From an uncultured delta proteobacterium (GTDB lineage Bacteria; Desulfobacterota; Desulfuromonadia; Geobacterales; DSM-12255): 64,000 nt of DNA. The translations under genes and the position numbers were made by a program. The stretch covers positions 160,001 through 224,000 of the forward strand of contig CAWBBV010000006.1 of NCBI GenBank assembly GCA_963787125.1, in the 5' to 3' direction. The notes under the pieces were generated by a model, which was given only the letters and a program-made list of their open reading frames with translations, was not told where the DNA came from and did no database searches. Positions 48,734 through 58,555 of this stretch are shown here, one piece after another; the first letter of the stretch is position 1, and every line of letters starts with the position of its first letter.

Positions 48734-49027
48734 TCAGGTCTTCGGCTCGGTACGGGTAATCATGGTGTTCAGCCCCAGACCGAGCAGCTCCTTCGCCTCC
48801 ACCATCGCCGTCGTAAAACCTCCCTTGACCGCAGCATGGATCACGTTGGGCTCACCCTCTTCGTCCCAGGGCCAGCCGGTCCGCACAAGGGTGATCAACA
48901 GCAGCTCCAGCTTATCCGCTTTTTTGACCAACTCGGTGTACTCGTCCTCCAGTTCCGTCACTAGGGACGGGTCGATTCCCTGTTTCTGCAGCTTAATTTT
49001 GAGTCTTGCCATTGCATTCGGCATCAT
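48734..49027 (-). CDS. Hypothetical protein
   Basis: 97 aa ORF with SD AGGAGG. Confidence 0.65.
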   Translation of the reverse strand: MMPNAMARLKIKLQKQGIDPSLVTELEDEYTELVKKADKLELLLITLVRTGWPWDEEGEPNVIHAAVKGGFTTAMVEAKELLGLGLNTMITRTEPKT

Positions 49028-49202
49028 AGCCCTCCTGGTTGTGCCGGGAACAGCAGAAGGGTTCCCCGGCAGCAGATAGTCAGCGCTGGTGTATAACGAT
49101 GCCCCCCGGTAGCATGCGTTGCTCCAGCCAGCTCTTCAGTAAATGTTTCATGATCGTGCGGCTGACAGGGAAGAGAAAGAAGAGACCGGCATAGCAGACG
49201 TT

Positions 49203-49250
49203 CAGGAGGCGGTTGCCGTTGTCATCCTGTCGCTACAGTTCAAAGCTCAT
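49203..49250 (-). pseudogene. Remnant of a small RQDDNGN-motif protein
   Basis: ATGA-coupled to the hydrolase; reads MSFEL*RQDDNGNRLL with TAG where TGG (Trp) would be expected. Confidence 0.5.
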
Positions 49251-49783
49251 GACCTTGATAGCAGCGCCAGGAAAAAGCGGAACCGGTCTACCAAAAAATC
49301 GAGGCTGTTCTCCAGAGTGTGGCCGTCCGGCACCATTGCCAGCTCCAGGCGGTGCTGGCAGGCAAAGTCCATCACCGGCCCCGGCGGGACAATTGTATCG
49401 TCCCAGCCGTGGATGATGACGGTCGGTGGTACATGGGTCAGCGTTGGCAGATCGGGGTATCCGGGAATGCCGATGGCCGGGGCCATCAGGAACAGGCCCG
49501 CCGGCCTGATCACAGGTGCTGCCGCCAGCGAAACGCTCCCCCCCATGCTGGAACCGGCCAACACAGTAATGCCGCCGTCCTGCGGGTGCTGCGCCAGCAG
49601 CATCCGCACCCGCTCCGCTGGATCGTCCACCCCGCGGTAGTCGATGCTGAGGACCGCGAAGCCCAGCTCCTCCGCCACCGGCGCAAGGCGGCTGATCTTG
49701 AGCCCCCAGGGGCCGGACTCCTTGCCGTGGGAGAAGATGACGGTTTTAGTGAGCGGGGCTTTTTCCATGGATATTTCGGGCAT
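49247..49783 (-). CDS. Alpha/beta hydrolase
   Basis: FSHGKESGPWG, GSSMGG, IHGWDD, DGH. Confidence 0.9.
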   Translation of the reverse strand: MPEISMEKAPLTKTVIFSHGKESGPWGLKISRLAPVAEELGFAVLSIDYRGVDDPAERVRMLLAQHPQDGGITVLAGSSMGGSVSLAAAPVIRPAGLFLMAPAIGIPGYPDLPTLTHVPPTVIIHGWDDTIVPPGPVMDFACQHRLELAMVPDGHTLENSLDFLVDRFRFFLALLSRS

Positions 49784-49819
49784 ATAACGTCCTTTTGAGT
49801 GTACGTGTGATTCGTATGT

Positions 49820-50107
49820 TCAATGCGCCTGCTTGAACGGATGGCAGAGCAGGCAGTGCTCCTTGGGTGGATGCTTCGGCGGCAGCGGTCGAGTAGCGGC
49901 GTTGTGGCAGCTCACACAGCCACTTTCCACTGCTACCCGCCTGTCGCCCTTGGCCAGGGCTCCGCGAAACGGGCGGTGCCGGTCGTCAACGGGGGTGCTT
50001 TTGGGCTTGTCCCGGAAGCTGTTCAGAACCAGAACCAGCAGCAGACCTCCCACGACAGCAATGAAACCCAGATCACGTTTACGCAGAAGCATGATGGTCC
50101 TTTTCAC
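49820..50107 (-). CDS. Small membrane-anchored di-heme c-type cytochrome
   Basis: N-terminal hydrophobic helix; CVSCH and CLLCH. Confidence 0.85.
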   Translation of the reverse strand: MKRTIMLLRKRDLGFIAVVGGLLLVLVLNSFRDKPKSTPVDDRHRPFRGALAKGDRRVAVESGCVSCHNAATRPLPPKHPPKEHCLLCHPFKQAH

Positions 50108-50131
50108 CTCACAATTTCATCCGGTAAAACC

Positions 50132-51113
50132 CTACAGCCGCCACTCTTTCCGATGGTCGGCCAGATACTCGCGAGCCGGCCATTGATACCGGTCTACAGG
50201 CGGAATGATACCACGGCCAGAGAGAGTCTGGAGGAAGCCGGGGACGTTGGGATCGGCGGCGATCTGGCGGGAGGTGATGACGGCGTAGGAGTCCGACACC
50301 CCCATCATCCCCTTGTCAAAGGCCCAGTGACAGAGCTTGCACAGGGCCATGCCGTTGCGGATGTCGTCGTTCTGGCTCCTGCTCCAGGGGACGATATGGG
50401 CGGCATCCACCACGGTGTGCTGTTCCGGCGTGATGATCCGCACCCCGCAGAGGGCGCAGCGGTGGTCATAGGCCTTCACCACAATGCGGCGAAAGCCCTG
50501 ATCACGGGCTGCGGGGCGGTAGTTGTCCGCCTCGATGATTTCCTGCACCAGCGGCAGATGGGATTTTTCTTCCAGCAGTCTGACTGTAGGCGAATGCCTC
50601 GCGATTGATGATCGACTGCTCCCGCAAAAGAGCCGCGGCTTCGGGCGAGAAGCAGGACTGCAGCAGTGCTTCCCGCAACGCCTCTCTCCCCTCCCCGCTC
50701 TGCATGACCTGAAACAGCTCCTCGTCCAGCTTTGCGCCCAGGGCGTACTTGCGCAGGTAGGTGACGGAGGAGGTGTTGTTGATGATTGCCGGGGTAATGG
50801 TTGTGCCCGGTTGCGGCACCAGTTCCCAGAACGGCTCCCGGTCGAGACGGGAGAAGGGAAAGGCGATGCTGCTGGTCTGACCGAGGGGGATGATCCGCCG
50901 CCAGTAGAGGTTGAACAGCTCGTTCAGCTCCACCAGATCGCCGGTCACGGCGATGAACGGCGAGGTGATGACGCCGCGATGCACCAGATCCAGCACCGCC
51001 AGCAGCAGGAGCGGTTTGTGCGGGGCCTTGCGCTTGGTGGCGTCGGTCCAGGTCGCGCCGGGGGCGCGGTTGAGGGAGGCGAAGTGTTTGATGGATGTGG
51101 TGAGGTTGGTCAT
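50132..51113 (-). pseudogene. SBD-HNH phosphorothioate-dependent restriction endonuclease-like gene, split by a +1 frameshift near 50582
   Basis: N-part: APHKPLLLLAVL...W...FPFSRL..EPFWEL. C-part: RDQGFRRIV..AYDHRCALCG...AAHIVPW...NGMALCKLCHWAFDKG. Removing one base joins them. Confidence 0.85.
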
Positions 51114-51187
51114 GGTTTCTTTCAGATTATTGAGAAACTAAAGAGAGTTGAGACACGACATCTAGAGGCGATCAAAATGTCAAAAAG

Positions 51188-52273
51188 TCAACCCTTACCC
51201 CGCAGGGTCCCACCCTTGATCTGTCCGCCTGCCGGGACTTGCAGTTGCTGAATATCCTGCTCCAGTTCCTTAAGACTTACTTCATGCTGAATCTGCCGCT
51301 GCACTTCACGATATTTGTCGAACTCAAGCGCCGACTTTTCCAGCGCCATCTGGTGGCTGATCTTTCCGGCATGGGTGAGCAGATCGCGGCCATTAAGCTG
51401 AATTATCGCGTCCAGCCGGGCAATCCAGTCATTCATGTACATGGGAGTTCGCTGCAGCACCATGGTTTCTGCAAAGGCCAGGTACTGTTCAACCAGCAGT
51501 CCGAGCAGCTTCATTTCATCCTCTGTCAGATAATTCTTGGCAATGCTCACATCGCTTTTGCGCACCGCCAGTTCACCCTTTTTGTCACAGGACTGCATCC
51601 CCATGAGCGGCAGCGCAGCATCGGCCCGGCGGAATACCAGCTCCGCCGCTGTCTGCTGGCTGATGGCCCAGAGCAGTTTGTTCTGCACCACCTTGAAGAA
51701 CTCGATCGTCTTTTCGTCCCTGGGATCGTAGTCGATACTGGTTGCGTAGATATCCTTGATTTTCTGGTAGAAGAAGCGCTCCGAAAGTCGGATTTCACGG
51801 ATGCGTTCCTGCAACTCGCTGAAATAATTCATGGAGCTGCCGCTCTTGAAGCGCTCGTCGTTCAGGGCAAAGCCCTTGACGATATACTCCTTGAGTCGCT
51901 GGGTGGCCCAGATGCGGAACCGAACGCCCTGTTGGGATTTAACCCGGTATCCGACCGAGATGACCAGATCCAGGTTGTAAAAGTTGACCTCTTTCGACTG
52001 AGTTTTCCCTTCAATTGCGCCGTGTCGGGTGGTTGTCCGGAATTTCCGGATAACCACCTGCTCGTCCAGTTCACTCTCGTCGAAGATATTCCGGATATGC
52101 TCCGATATGGTTTTTTTGCTTTTGCCGAATAACTGCGCCATATGGTCCTGCGACAACCAGACCGTCTCGTCCTCCAGTCGGACATTGATCCGGATTGTCC
52201 CGTCCGGCGCCTGATAAATGAGTATTTCCGAGTTATTCACGCTTATGGGAGAATTGGTCAGGTCTTTGCTCAT
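51188..52273 (-). CDS. RhuM-family protein
   Basis: ETVWLSQ..MAQLF...YNLDLVISVGYRVKS...FRIWAT..LKEYIVKGF...IREIRLSE. Confidence 0.92.
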   Translation of the reverse strand: MSKDLTNSPISVNNSEILIYQAPDGTIRINVRLEDETVWLSQDHMAQLFGKSKKTISEHIRNIFDESELDEQVVIRKFRTTTRHGAIEGKTQSKEVNFYNLDLVISVGYRVKSQQGVRFRIWATQRLKEYIVKGFALNDERFKSGSSMNYFSELQERIREIRLSERFFYQKIKDIYATSIDYDPRDEKTIEFFKVVQNKLLWAISQQTAAELVFRRADAALPLMGMQSCDKKGELAVRKSDVSIAKNYLTEDEMKLLGLLVEQYLAFAETMVLQRTPMYMNDWIARLDAIIQLNGRDLLTHAGKISHQMALEKSALEFDKYREVQRQIQHEVSLKELEQDIQQLQVPAGGQIKGGTLRGKG

Positions 52274-52411
52274 TGGTATTATCCTTTAACGGATTCTCTG
52301 TAAATGTGAAGAATGGAGAACCGGCCCTCGCATTCTCCTCAACAGCTCGTTCTGCTTCCAACAGTGAAAACAGGTTTCATCCCTCATAATTCATCCTTCA
52401 TAATTGTATTT

Positions 52412-52485
52412 CGCTTGGTGGCGTCGGTCCAGGTCGCGCCGGGGGCGCGGTTGAGGGAGGCGAAGTGTTTGATGGATGTGGTGAG
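52412..52485 (-). repeat. 74-bp exact duplicate of the 5' end of the SBD-HNH gene (51031-51104)
   Basis: CGCTTGGTGGCGTCGG...GGATGTGGTGAG is identical at both sites. Confidence 0.92.
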
Positions 52486-52723
52486 TGAGGTCATGGCCTT
52501 GTTATCATAATTTGTTCGGATTTGGAGTTCGACCAGCTTTGGCTTTAGCAGAAGAAGCTGAGTTAGTCAATTGATCACTATCCCTTAATCCCATTCAACA
52601 GATTTTACACTGTTTTTTGAACTGGAGAGGTTCTCAGGCTTAAGCCAAAAATATAAGTTGACAATGGCAGTAGCTTTAGTAAACTTACTACGTGCAGTAA
52701 ACATACTAACCAGGAGAAAACAT

Positions 52724-53212
52724 ATGCCATACGAAACGAAACAGAAGAAGAAAATTGACCCGACTGACGAACTCCCACAGAACCTTTCACACAAGCCTGT
52801 ATATGCATTGCCATATGAATATTTCGATGGGTTTTACGCTGGGAAAACTGACGCAAGATTCATTTCCATCGGCTTAGCACAATATGATCACGACGAAGTT
52901 TCAGTTAAAGTTTTTAGGCACACAGGGGAAAAATGGACGAGACAATCTGAGGAACTTCCACTTCACAGGATGATAGATGCCGTCACCTTTTTAACGAAGA
53001 TTATTTTTGGTACGGACAATGGAAATGCGGTTTTTGAATCAGAAACATTTGAGAATCAGTCTGAAACATTAAAGCTTACACGTGAGGATAGGACGGCAGG
53101 AGAGTTGGCAAGATTTCATAGATTTTTGGCAGACAATGACAAATTAATAAAGGATCGATTGAACGTATTATATGATCTTATGGGCGAACTGAAAGAAAAA
53201 GGTAAATTTTAA
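52724..53212 (+). CDS. DUF6530-like protein
   Basis: LSHKPV...Y..FDG.YAG.TDA..ISIGLAQ...KVFRHTGEKWTRQSEELPLHR; SD AGGAG. Confidence 0.75.
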   Translation: MPYETKQKKKIDPTDELPQNLSHKPVYALPYEYFDGFYAGKTDARFISIGLAQYDHDEVSVKVFRHTGEKWTRQSEELPLHRMIDAVTFLTKIIFGTDNGNAVFESETFENQSETLKLTREDRTAGELARFHRFLADNDKLIKDRLNVLYDLMGELKEKGKF

Positions 53213-53245
53213 TAATCTGACAACATTTTTGGAATTAAATACATT

Positions 53246-53267
53246 AAGGCGGCCGATCGGCCGCCTT
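53246..53267. terminator. Perfect 22-bp palindrome between convergent genes
   Basis: AAGGCGGCCGATCGGCCGCCTT is its own reverse complement. Confidence 0.6.
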
Positions 53268-53278
53268 CCGTAATTACA

Positions 53279-54271
53279 CTATGCTCTTCTACAAAGAGCA
53301 GTGGGGGCAGCCGTGGAAATAAACGCCGCGTGTCCAGCTTCAAATGGAGCGACTGAAAGAATATCGTTTTCAAGCGAGATAATGATAGTTCCAGCGCAGC
53401 ATGCATTTACGGTTTTACCGGCAGAAAATGTATTAACAAGATGATCTCCTGCGTTTTCAGGCAACATGCTAGCGCAATGCTCTGAAAGCTGTGTGCAGAC
53501 GATTCTTGCCCCTGGCACAACCTCCTTAATGGCTTTTATAATATTTGGTTGTGGTGTCGAATATCTGCCTCTTCCGATTGAGAACACAACGGTATTGGGT
53601 TGAATACAATTACATACCTGTTTCGTGAATTCTATTAAGTCAGCCCCCTCAACTTTCCCCCCATGGTGTGGAAATACAATTACTGGTGCTGTGGCATCAA
53701 CTTGGCATTCAGTAAGATATTCCATCATGTTGAGAAAGCCGGTATTATCTATATCCCCAGTGAATACTAGAATCGGCCTATCGTTTTGCAGGACTCTAAT
53801 TACTGCACTTACGGAATTAGACGTTATCGAACGATTACTCCGGTCCTTTGAACCAGGACCTTTCCCTGCCAAGTAAATGCTAGGTGCAAGTATTTCAACC
53901 TTGAAGGCTCCAAAGTTAAAGGTGTTTGAATCGCTGACTGTAAGAGCTACACCGAAGTCGACGTCCCCACCATTATGAGCCTTGCTCAATGTAAAGAGTA
54001 GGTCGTCCCAAATGATAGAAGCTTTACGAGAGTCCGTATTGAGCCGGACTTTTCCAATTGTGAATTCCTCAGAACTAAGCAGCCCTATTAAACCTGCAAT
54101 ATGGTCTTGATCTGCATGCGAGATTAGAAGTACATCAACGTTCGAAATCCCTTCTGCTTTAAGGAACTCCATTAGAGAAGCTCCTGGTCCGGCATCAATT
54201 ACGAGTGTATGATTATCTTCTCTGACAATCGCACAATTGCCGTGCCCTACGTCCAAAATGAATGCTGGCAT
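53279..54271 (-). CDS. ComEC/Rec2-type metallo-beta-lactamase-fold hydrolase (probable nuclease)
   Basis: LDVGHG, IDAG, SHADQDH, NSVS, FTGD, PHHGG; no membrane domain. Confidence 0.88.
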   Translation of the reverse strand: MPAFILDVGHGNCAIVREDNHTLVIDAGPGASLMEFLKAEGISNVDVLLISHADQDHIAGLIGLLSSEEFTIGKVRLNTDSRKASIIWDDLLFTLSKAHNGGDVDFGVALTVSDSNTFNFGAFKVEILAPSIYLAGKGPGSKDRSNRSITSNSVSAVIRVLQNDRPILVFTGDIDNTGFLNMMEYLTECQVDATAPVIVFPHHGGKVEGADLIEFTKQVCNCIQPNTVVFSIGRGRYSTPQPNIIKAIKEVVPGARIVCTQLSEHCASMLPENAGDHLVNTFSAGKTVNACCAGTIIISLENDILSVAPFEAGHAAFISTAAPTALCRRA

Positions 54272-54279
54272 GACTAGAA

Positions 54280-54945
54280 CTACCTCCCGCGGAACTCAAA
54301 CTCGTCAAAGTACAGTTCTTCGTCAGACTCAGCTCCGGTGTTTACCTTTGCAAAAAACCTCGTTCCAGGTTTAATCTCGGCTCTAAACTCGAATGGGATT
54401 ATATCCATTGGGAATCTTATTATCTCTGACGGGTTCCATCCGGGAATATTCGCAAAGACAATAGGGTTTTTCGTATCTAAATCCACCTCTTCAACTCGAA
54501 GAAGAGTTTTCCAAGGCCGTCTTTTCGGCAAAAAATGATTACTAAATTCTTGAATACAAATTTCGAATCCTTTAGCTATAACATCAGGATCAGCTTCATC
54601 ATGTGAGAGAAGAACGGGTATCTTCCTACGAAAGCGTCTCATATCGTCGATTAACGCTTTACTCCAACTTGTAACAAGCACAGCAGGAAATCTAACATCA
54701 TAAGATATTGCAACTGCTTCAGCACCGGTGCAATAGGCATAATTTCTGGTGCTTAGATGATGATCACACACAATTGCGTCAGCTTCTCCGCGCGCAATGC
54801 CGACCAACTCGTCTGCACTCTTGAAAGGTCCAATAAGAGGTTTAGCATTAAATTGTGCATCTCTGAGTTCAGCAGAAAGGGTTTCTCGGGCATCGTCAGA
54901 ATCATCGACTACAGCAATAGATATTATGCTCACATTACGCTCCAA
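54280..54945 (-). CDS. Receiver-domain protein with an unknown beta-rich C-terminal domain
   Basis: IAVVDD, IVCDHHL, VLVTS. Confidence 0.78.
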   Translation of the reverse strand: MERNVSIISIAVVDDSDDARETLSAELRDAQFNAKPLIGPFKSADELVGIARGEADAIVCDHHLSTRNYAYCTGAEAVAISYDVRFPAVLVTSWSKALIDDMRRFRRKIPVLLSHDEADPDVIAKGFEICIQEFSNHFLPKRRPWKTLLRVEEVDLDTKNPIVFANIPGWNPSEIIRFPMDIIPFEFRAEIKPGTRFFAKVNTGAESDEELYFDEFEFRGR

Positions 54946-56992
54946 GTATCGGCAGTTCTACCGAAATTTCCGCACCACCCAAAGATCCATTTGACAGTGC
55001 GCTGATGGATCCACCCAAATCTTTTACAGTGTCACGGACTATTGTAAGGCCAAGGCCTGTGCCATTAGGATAGGTAGTTTCACCAGGGAGCCAAATATCC
55101 TTAAGGCTTATTCCAGATATGCCTGGACCATTGTCAGCGATGACAATAGTCACTATCCCATCTGCGACTTGCGTCTCAACAGAAATCAAACGATCCTGAG
55201 GAGGAGCCGTCTCGAAAGCCTTCAAGGAGTTTGTTATGATATTTGAGATAATTGACTCTATTGCTGCCTCGCTAGCCCGGAGATACGGATTCCCCGCATC
55301 ATATTTGAACCTTACTTCGGTTTTTCTCTCTTTTATCGTTAAAGCAAACATATCAACAACATCACTGATAACCTTATGAATATCGACCCGAGAAACCCGT
55401 CGTTTTTCATGATCTATAAAATTCAAGGTCAAGCTACCAAATGCTTTAAGTATTTCCGCTTGACGTTGAACAATTCCAATAGGACCTTCAAAGAACTCTT
55501 CAAATTTATCTGATACCGCTGTTTTCGCACGATTCTCAATGAGCTTTGCATTTTTTTCAATAAGCCTAAGTGGATGTTTTGACTCATGAGCAAAAATACC
55601 TGCCGTAATCCCTGCAGTACTAAGAGTCCTGTAGAGTTGAACTTCCTTTTTGAGGATTACAGTCTCCTTAGTTCGTGCTCGATCATAATCTTTGAATTTC
55701 TCTTCTACGTTTTTCTTTTCTTCAGATGGCAACAATTTAATAGCTTCATCAATAGTTTGTTTAGCCTTGTCAACTTCACCTTTTGCTTGTTGTCTTTGCT
55801 GTTGTCTTTTAGATTCTCTTTCTTCTTTTCTCCGTCGATGCATCCAATCAAGTGCATCGGTAGCAAAGCGCTTCAATTCATGAAACAATTCACTCTCAAC
55901 AAGGCCCGAACGATCCGTTTTCTGAAGAAGGTCTTCATTTGTACCAATTACAGCCATTCGGCCAATTGACGTATTAGTTCCAGGGCGTAACTCAGGATCT
56001 CGAACGCGACTAAGATTCATGTCAAGCCAGTCGTTCCCTGGGTTTCCATATGGCGAGACACGAAGACCATGTATATATAAGTGGACTCCACCAAATTCCT
56101 TAAGCCATGCTTTGACCTCGCCGACGGTTGTTGGACGAAAGGAAAACGTATCGCTACTGAGAATATACGCCCAAATGTCAAATGTAGCCGGAGGGCAATT
56201 GTACTTACTGACCTTAGGACTTATTTCATCGTGATCAGCGGCAAAGAGCTTGTTTCCTTTCCAATCCGTAACCGTTGCTTTAACCTGCCCATTTGTGTCA
56301 ACTTCTGCAAAAAGATGAAATTCAGCATCATCAAAATATCTTCGCTGAACAAGTTTTTCTAGATCTTCGAATTCAGGAGCTTTCAATATGGGCTGAAATC
56401 CAGAAGGATTGTCTCCAAAAGGATCCGCAAGCAACAACAGACCCCTAGCCAGCCTTTTCACGTCATTGCGAGTTATCCTATAACGAAGGTTAGCGATTCT
56501 TATCTCGGTTCCCCTTCCGACACTTGAAGCACGAACAGTTTCTTCTATCTCCAGGTCAACTTCTTCAACAACATCGAACTGGTCAAATTTTCTCCAATCT
56601 ATGAACAGTGAGTATTGTTTTTTCTCCTCTTCTAACGGCCTAGTAAGCAGGGTGGTTTCAGTACCTAGTCTTAATGCAGCGAGCCTTCCAAGCCCTTTAT
56701 TCCCGGCAGGAATTCGTCCTAAGCGTGTTACCTTCCTAACATTTTTTGCTGACTTTCCAAGTAGCAACCAACTGTTTTCGATATCCTCTTTTTCCATTCC
56801 TTCGCCATCATCACTTACAGAAATCGTTCCTCCGAGTACTTGTGTATTCCTTATCTGGATCGTGCAAGTATTAGCATCTGCGTCATATGCATTCTTTACC
56901 AATTCAAGAATTCCTTGGTCGGGGTTTGGGTTCAACTCCTCACCAAGACGTCTAAGAATATCGGTAGAAAATTTTAAGTGCGCTTTACTCAT
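54935..56992 (-). CDS. GHKL (MORC/MutL-like) ATPase fused to a histidine kinase
   Basis: ELVKNAYDADA, DDGEGM, GNKGLGR, GTEI; then FAHESKHPL, NIITNS, DNGPGI, GTGLGL; ATG 56992 overlaps the MTase stop. Confidence 0.9.
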   Translation of the reverse strand: MSKAHLKFSTDILRRLGEELNPNPDQGILELVKNAYDADANTCTIQIRNTQVLGGTISVSDDGEGMEKEDIENSWLLLGKSAKNVRKVTRLGRIPAGNKGLGRLAALRLGTETTLLTRPLEEEKKQYSLFIDWRKFDQFDVVEEVDLEIEETVRASSVGRGTEIRIANLRYRITRNDVKRLARGLLLLADPFGDNPSGFQPILKAPEFEDLEKLVQRRYFDDAEFHLFAEVDTNGQVKATVTDWKGNKLFAADHDEISPKVSKYNCPPATFDIWAYILSSDTFSFRPTTVGEVKAWLKEFGGVHLYIHGLRVSPYGNPGNDWLDMNLSRVRDPELRPGTNTSIGRMAVIGTNEDLLQKTDRSGLVESELFHELKRFATDALDWMHRRRKEERESKRQQQRQQAKGEVDKAKQTIDEAIKLLPSEEKKNVEEKFKDYDRARTKETVILKKEVQLYRTLSTAGITAGIFAHESKHPLRLIEKNAKLIENRAKTAVSDKFEEFFEGPIGIVQRQAEILKAFGSLTLNFIDHEKRRVSRVDIHKVISDVVDMFALTIKERKTEVRFKYDAGNPYLRASEAAIESIISNIITNSLKAFETAPPQDRLISVETQVADGIVTIVIADNGPGISGISLKDIWLPGETTYPNGTGLGLTIVRDTVKDLGGSISALSNGSLGGAEISVELPILGA

Positions 56993-58278
56993 ACCTTTCT
57001 CCACGGGATCTCTGCGATTGAAGATATAGTTAAATGACGGCATCTTATACGCTCATTTAACCAATCATTTGCCCACTTTGTGCTTAGCATATTCAACAGC
57101 GCTTGGCAGGTTTCAAGTGATTTATCCTTAGGCTGTAATACTATTAAATGATTATCGACTGCTACTGAAGAGTCCACGTTAATGATAGTCGATACTGCTC
57201 TAAATAAATCATCCGGCCTTGATGTCCTTCTAATAACTACAAATGGCGAAGGAATTATCTTACGAGAATACCTTCGACTGTGACTAACATGGCTTACAAT
57301 TGACCATTTCGGTAGATCTTTAGAGATAAGATATGGCACCGTCGGACCATCGTGCGAATCTCTATAATCAACCACTGTACCTATCGACAAATCAAACATA
57401 CTAGAAATTGTGCTGCAATTGTTTGTTACAGGGTAGCTCCAGTTGAGAGTACTATCATTGTTATTAACAATTAAGGCATCGATTAGGAAAACATTCACAT
57501 CAATACTAGGTTCAAATTGTCCCAATGCTGTTATTTTATTAACTAGCATTTTTTTGCTGACAATACGTCTCCATCTTTCATAGCGTGCACCTGATCTAAG
57601 TACTTCTGGAAGTATTGCTATAATTCGCGTTCCCACATTGGATTTAACAACATAATCGTGAAAAAAAACGGCTGCGTAGTTAGTTTTTCCTGACGACCAT
57701 ACACATCCTTTTGGTGTGTCAACAAGATTGTAAGGTGGATTCATGACAACATAGTTAAAATCCATACCGATGTCAGCAGTAGTTACTCCACAGCCCTGTT
57801 TTATGTTTTTGAAATAGGTACCTATTCCTTTAAATCGTTGAGGTAGTGCCGCTCCTTTGTGTAACGCAGTAAGTGCAAGCCTAGCTTTTGTTGCCATTAC
57901 GAATTCATGGTGCAAATCACTTCCGTAAAAAATATTGCCCCATGAAGACATCGTATTCTCGAAATCTTCAGTAATAGTTATGTTTTTTGCCACGTCTACC
58001 AGCAAATCACCAGCACCGCATGCAGGATCAATGATTTTATGTTGGCAACCAAGTAATTTTGAGTCAATCAGCTGAGTGGTTTCATTCGCTAAGAAACCTC
58101 CAGAAAAAAAAGCACCAGACTCCCTTCTTGCTTCGTATGACACAAGTTGCTGAAGCTTCCGCGCTGGCTGACCATTAAGGGCAGAAATTACCGAAACATC
58201 ATCCTTCGGAATAGATCCAAAAACGATCCCTTCGCACAATTTTTCTAGATGTGAAACGTATCCAGCGTATGCTTTCAT
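56989..58278 (-). CDS. Amino (probably N6-adenine) DNA methyltransferase with a putative C-terminal recognition domain
   Basis: IDPACGAGDLL precedes MNPPY (gamma-type order). Confidence 0.9.
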   Translation of the reverse strand: MKAYAGYVSHLEKLCEGIVFGSIPKDDVSVISALNGQPARKLQQLVSYEARRESGAFFSGGFLANETTQLIDSKLLGCQHKIIDPACGAGDLLVDVAKNITITEDFENTMSSWGNIFYGSDLHHEFVMATKARLALTALHKGAALPQRFKGIGTYFKNIKQGCGVTTADIGMDFNYVVMNPPYNLVDTPKGCVWSSGKTNYAAVFFHDYVVKSNVGTRIIAILPEVLRSGARYERWRRIVSKKMLVNKITALGQFEPSIDVNVFLIDALIVNNNDSTLNWSYPVTNNCSTISSMFDLSIGTVVDYRDSHDGPTVPYLISKDLPKWSIVSHVSHSRRYSRKIIPSPFVVIRRTSRPDDLFRAVSTIINVDSSVAVDNHLIVLQPKDKSLETCQALLNMLSTKWANDWLNERIRCRHLTISSIAEIPWRKV

Positions 58279-58384
58279 AATAGTCCTAAGGTGTAATGCA
58301 AACTACGCAAACATAACACGATTTTGCAAAAATACACATACCTTCTGTTGCCTGTGAAGAGGTGCTTCATCAATTCCCGACTAC

Positions 58385-58555
58385 CTACCCACCCCTTCTA
58401 TTATCCTCAAACATCTCCACCGGCATCTGATGCCTGAGCCGCCAGACCATCTTGATCGGCCGGTCGCTCTCGTAACTGACCATATCCACCGGCCCCAGAT
58501 AGGTAAACGGCACCTTGACATTGTTCCGCTTTTTTTGGTCGCGGGCAAACCGTTC
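58385..58555 (-). pseudogene. C-terminal fragment of a DUF3427-type (helicase-associated) protein
   Basis: FARDQKK...PFTYLGPV...YESDRPIKMVWRL..MP; upstream part missing. Confidence 0.6.

Noticed and set aside
49233..49235. Amber read-through in the RQDDNGN mini-gene
   Set aside because: The gene also appears truncated shortly afterwards; a simple nonsense mutation is more parsimonious.
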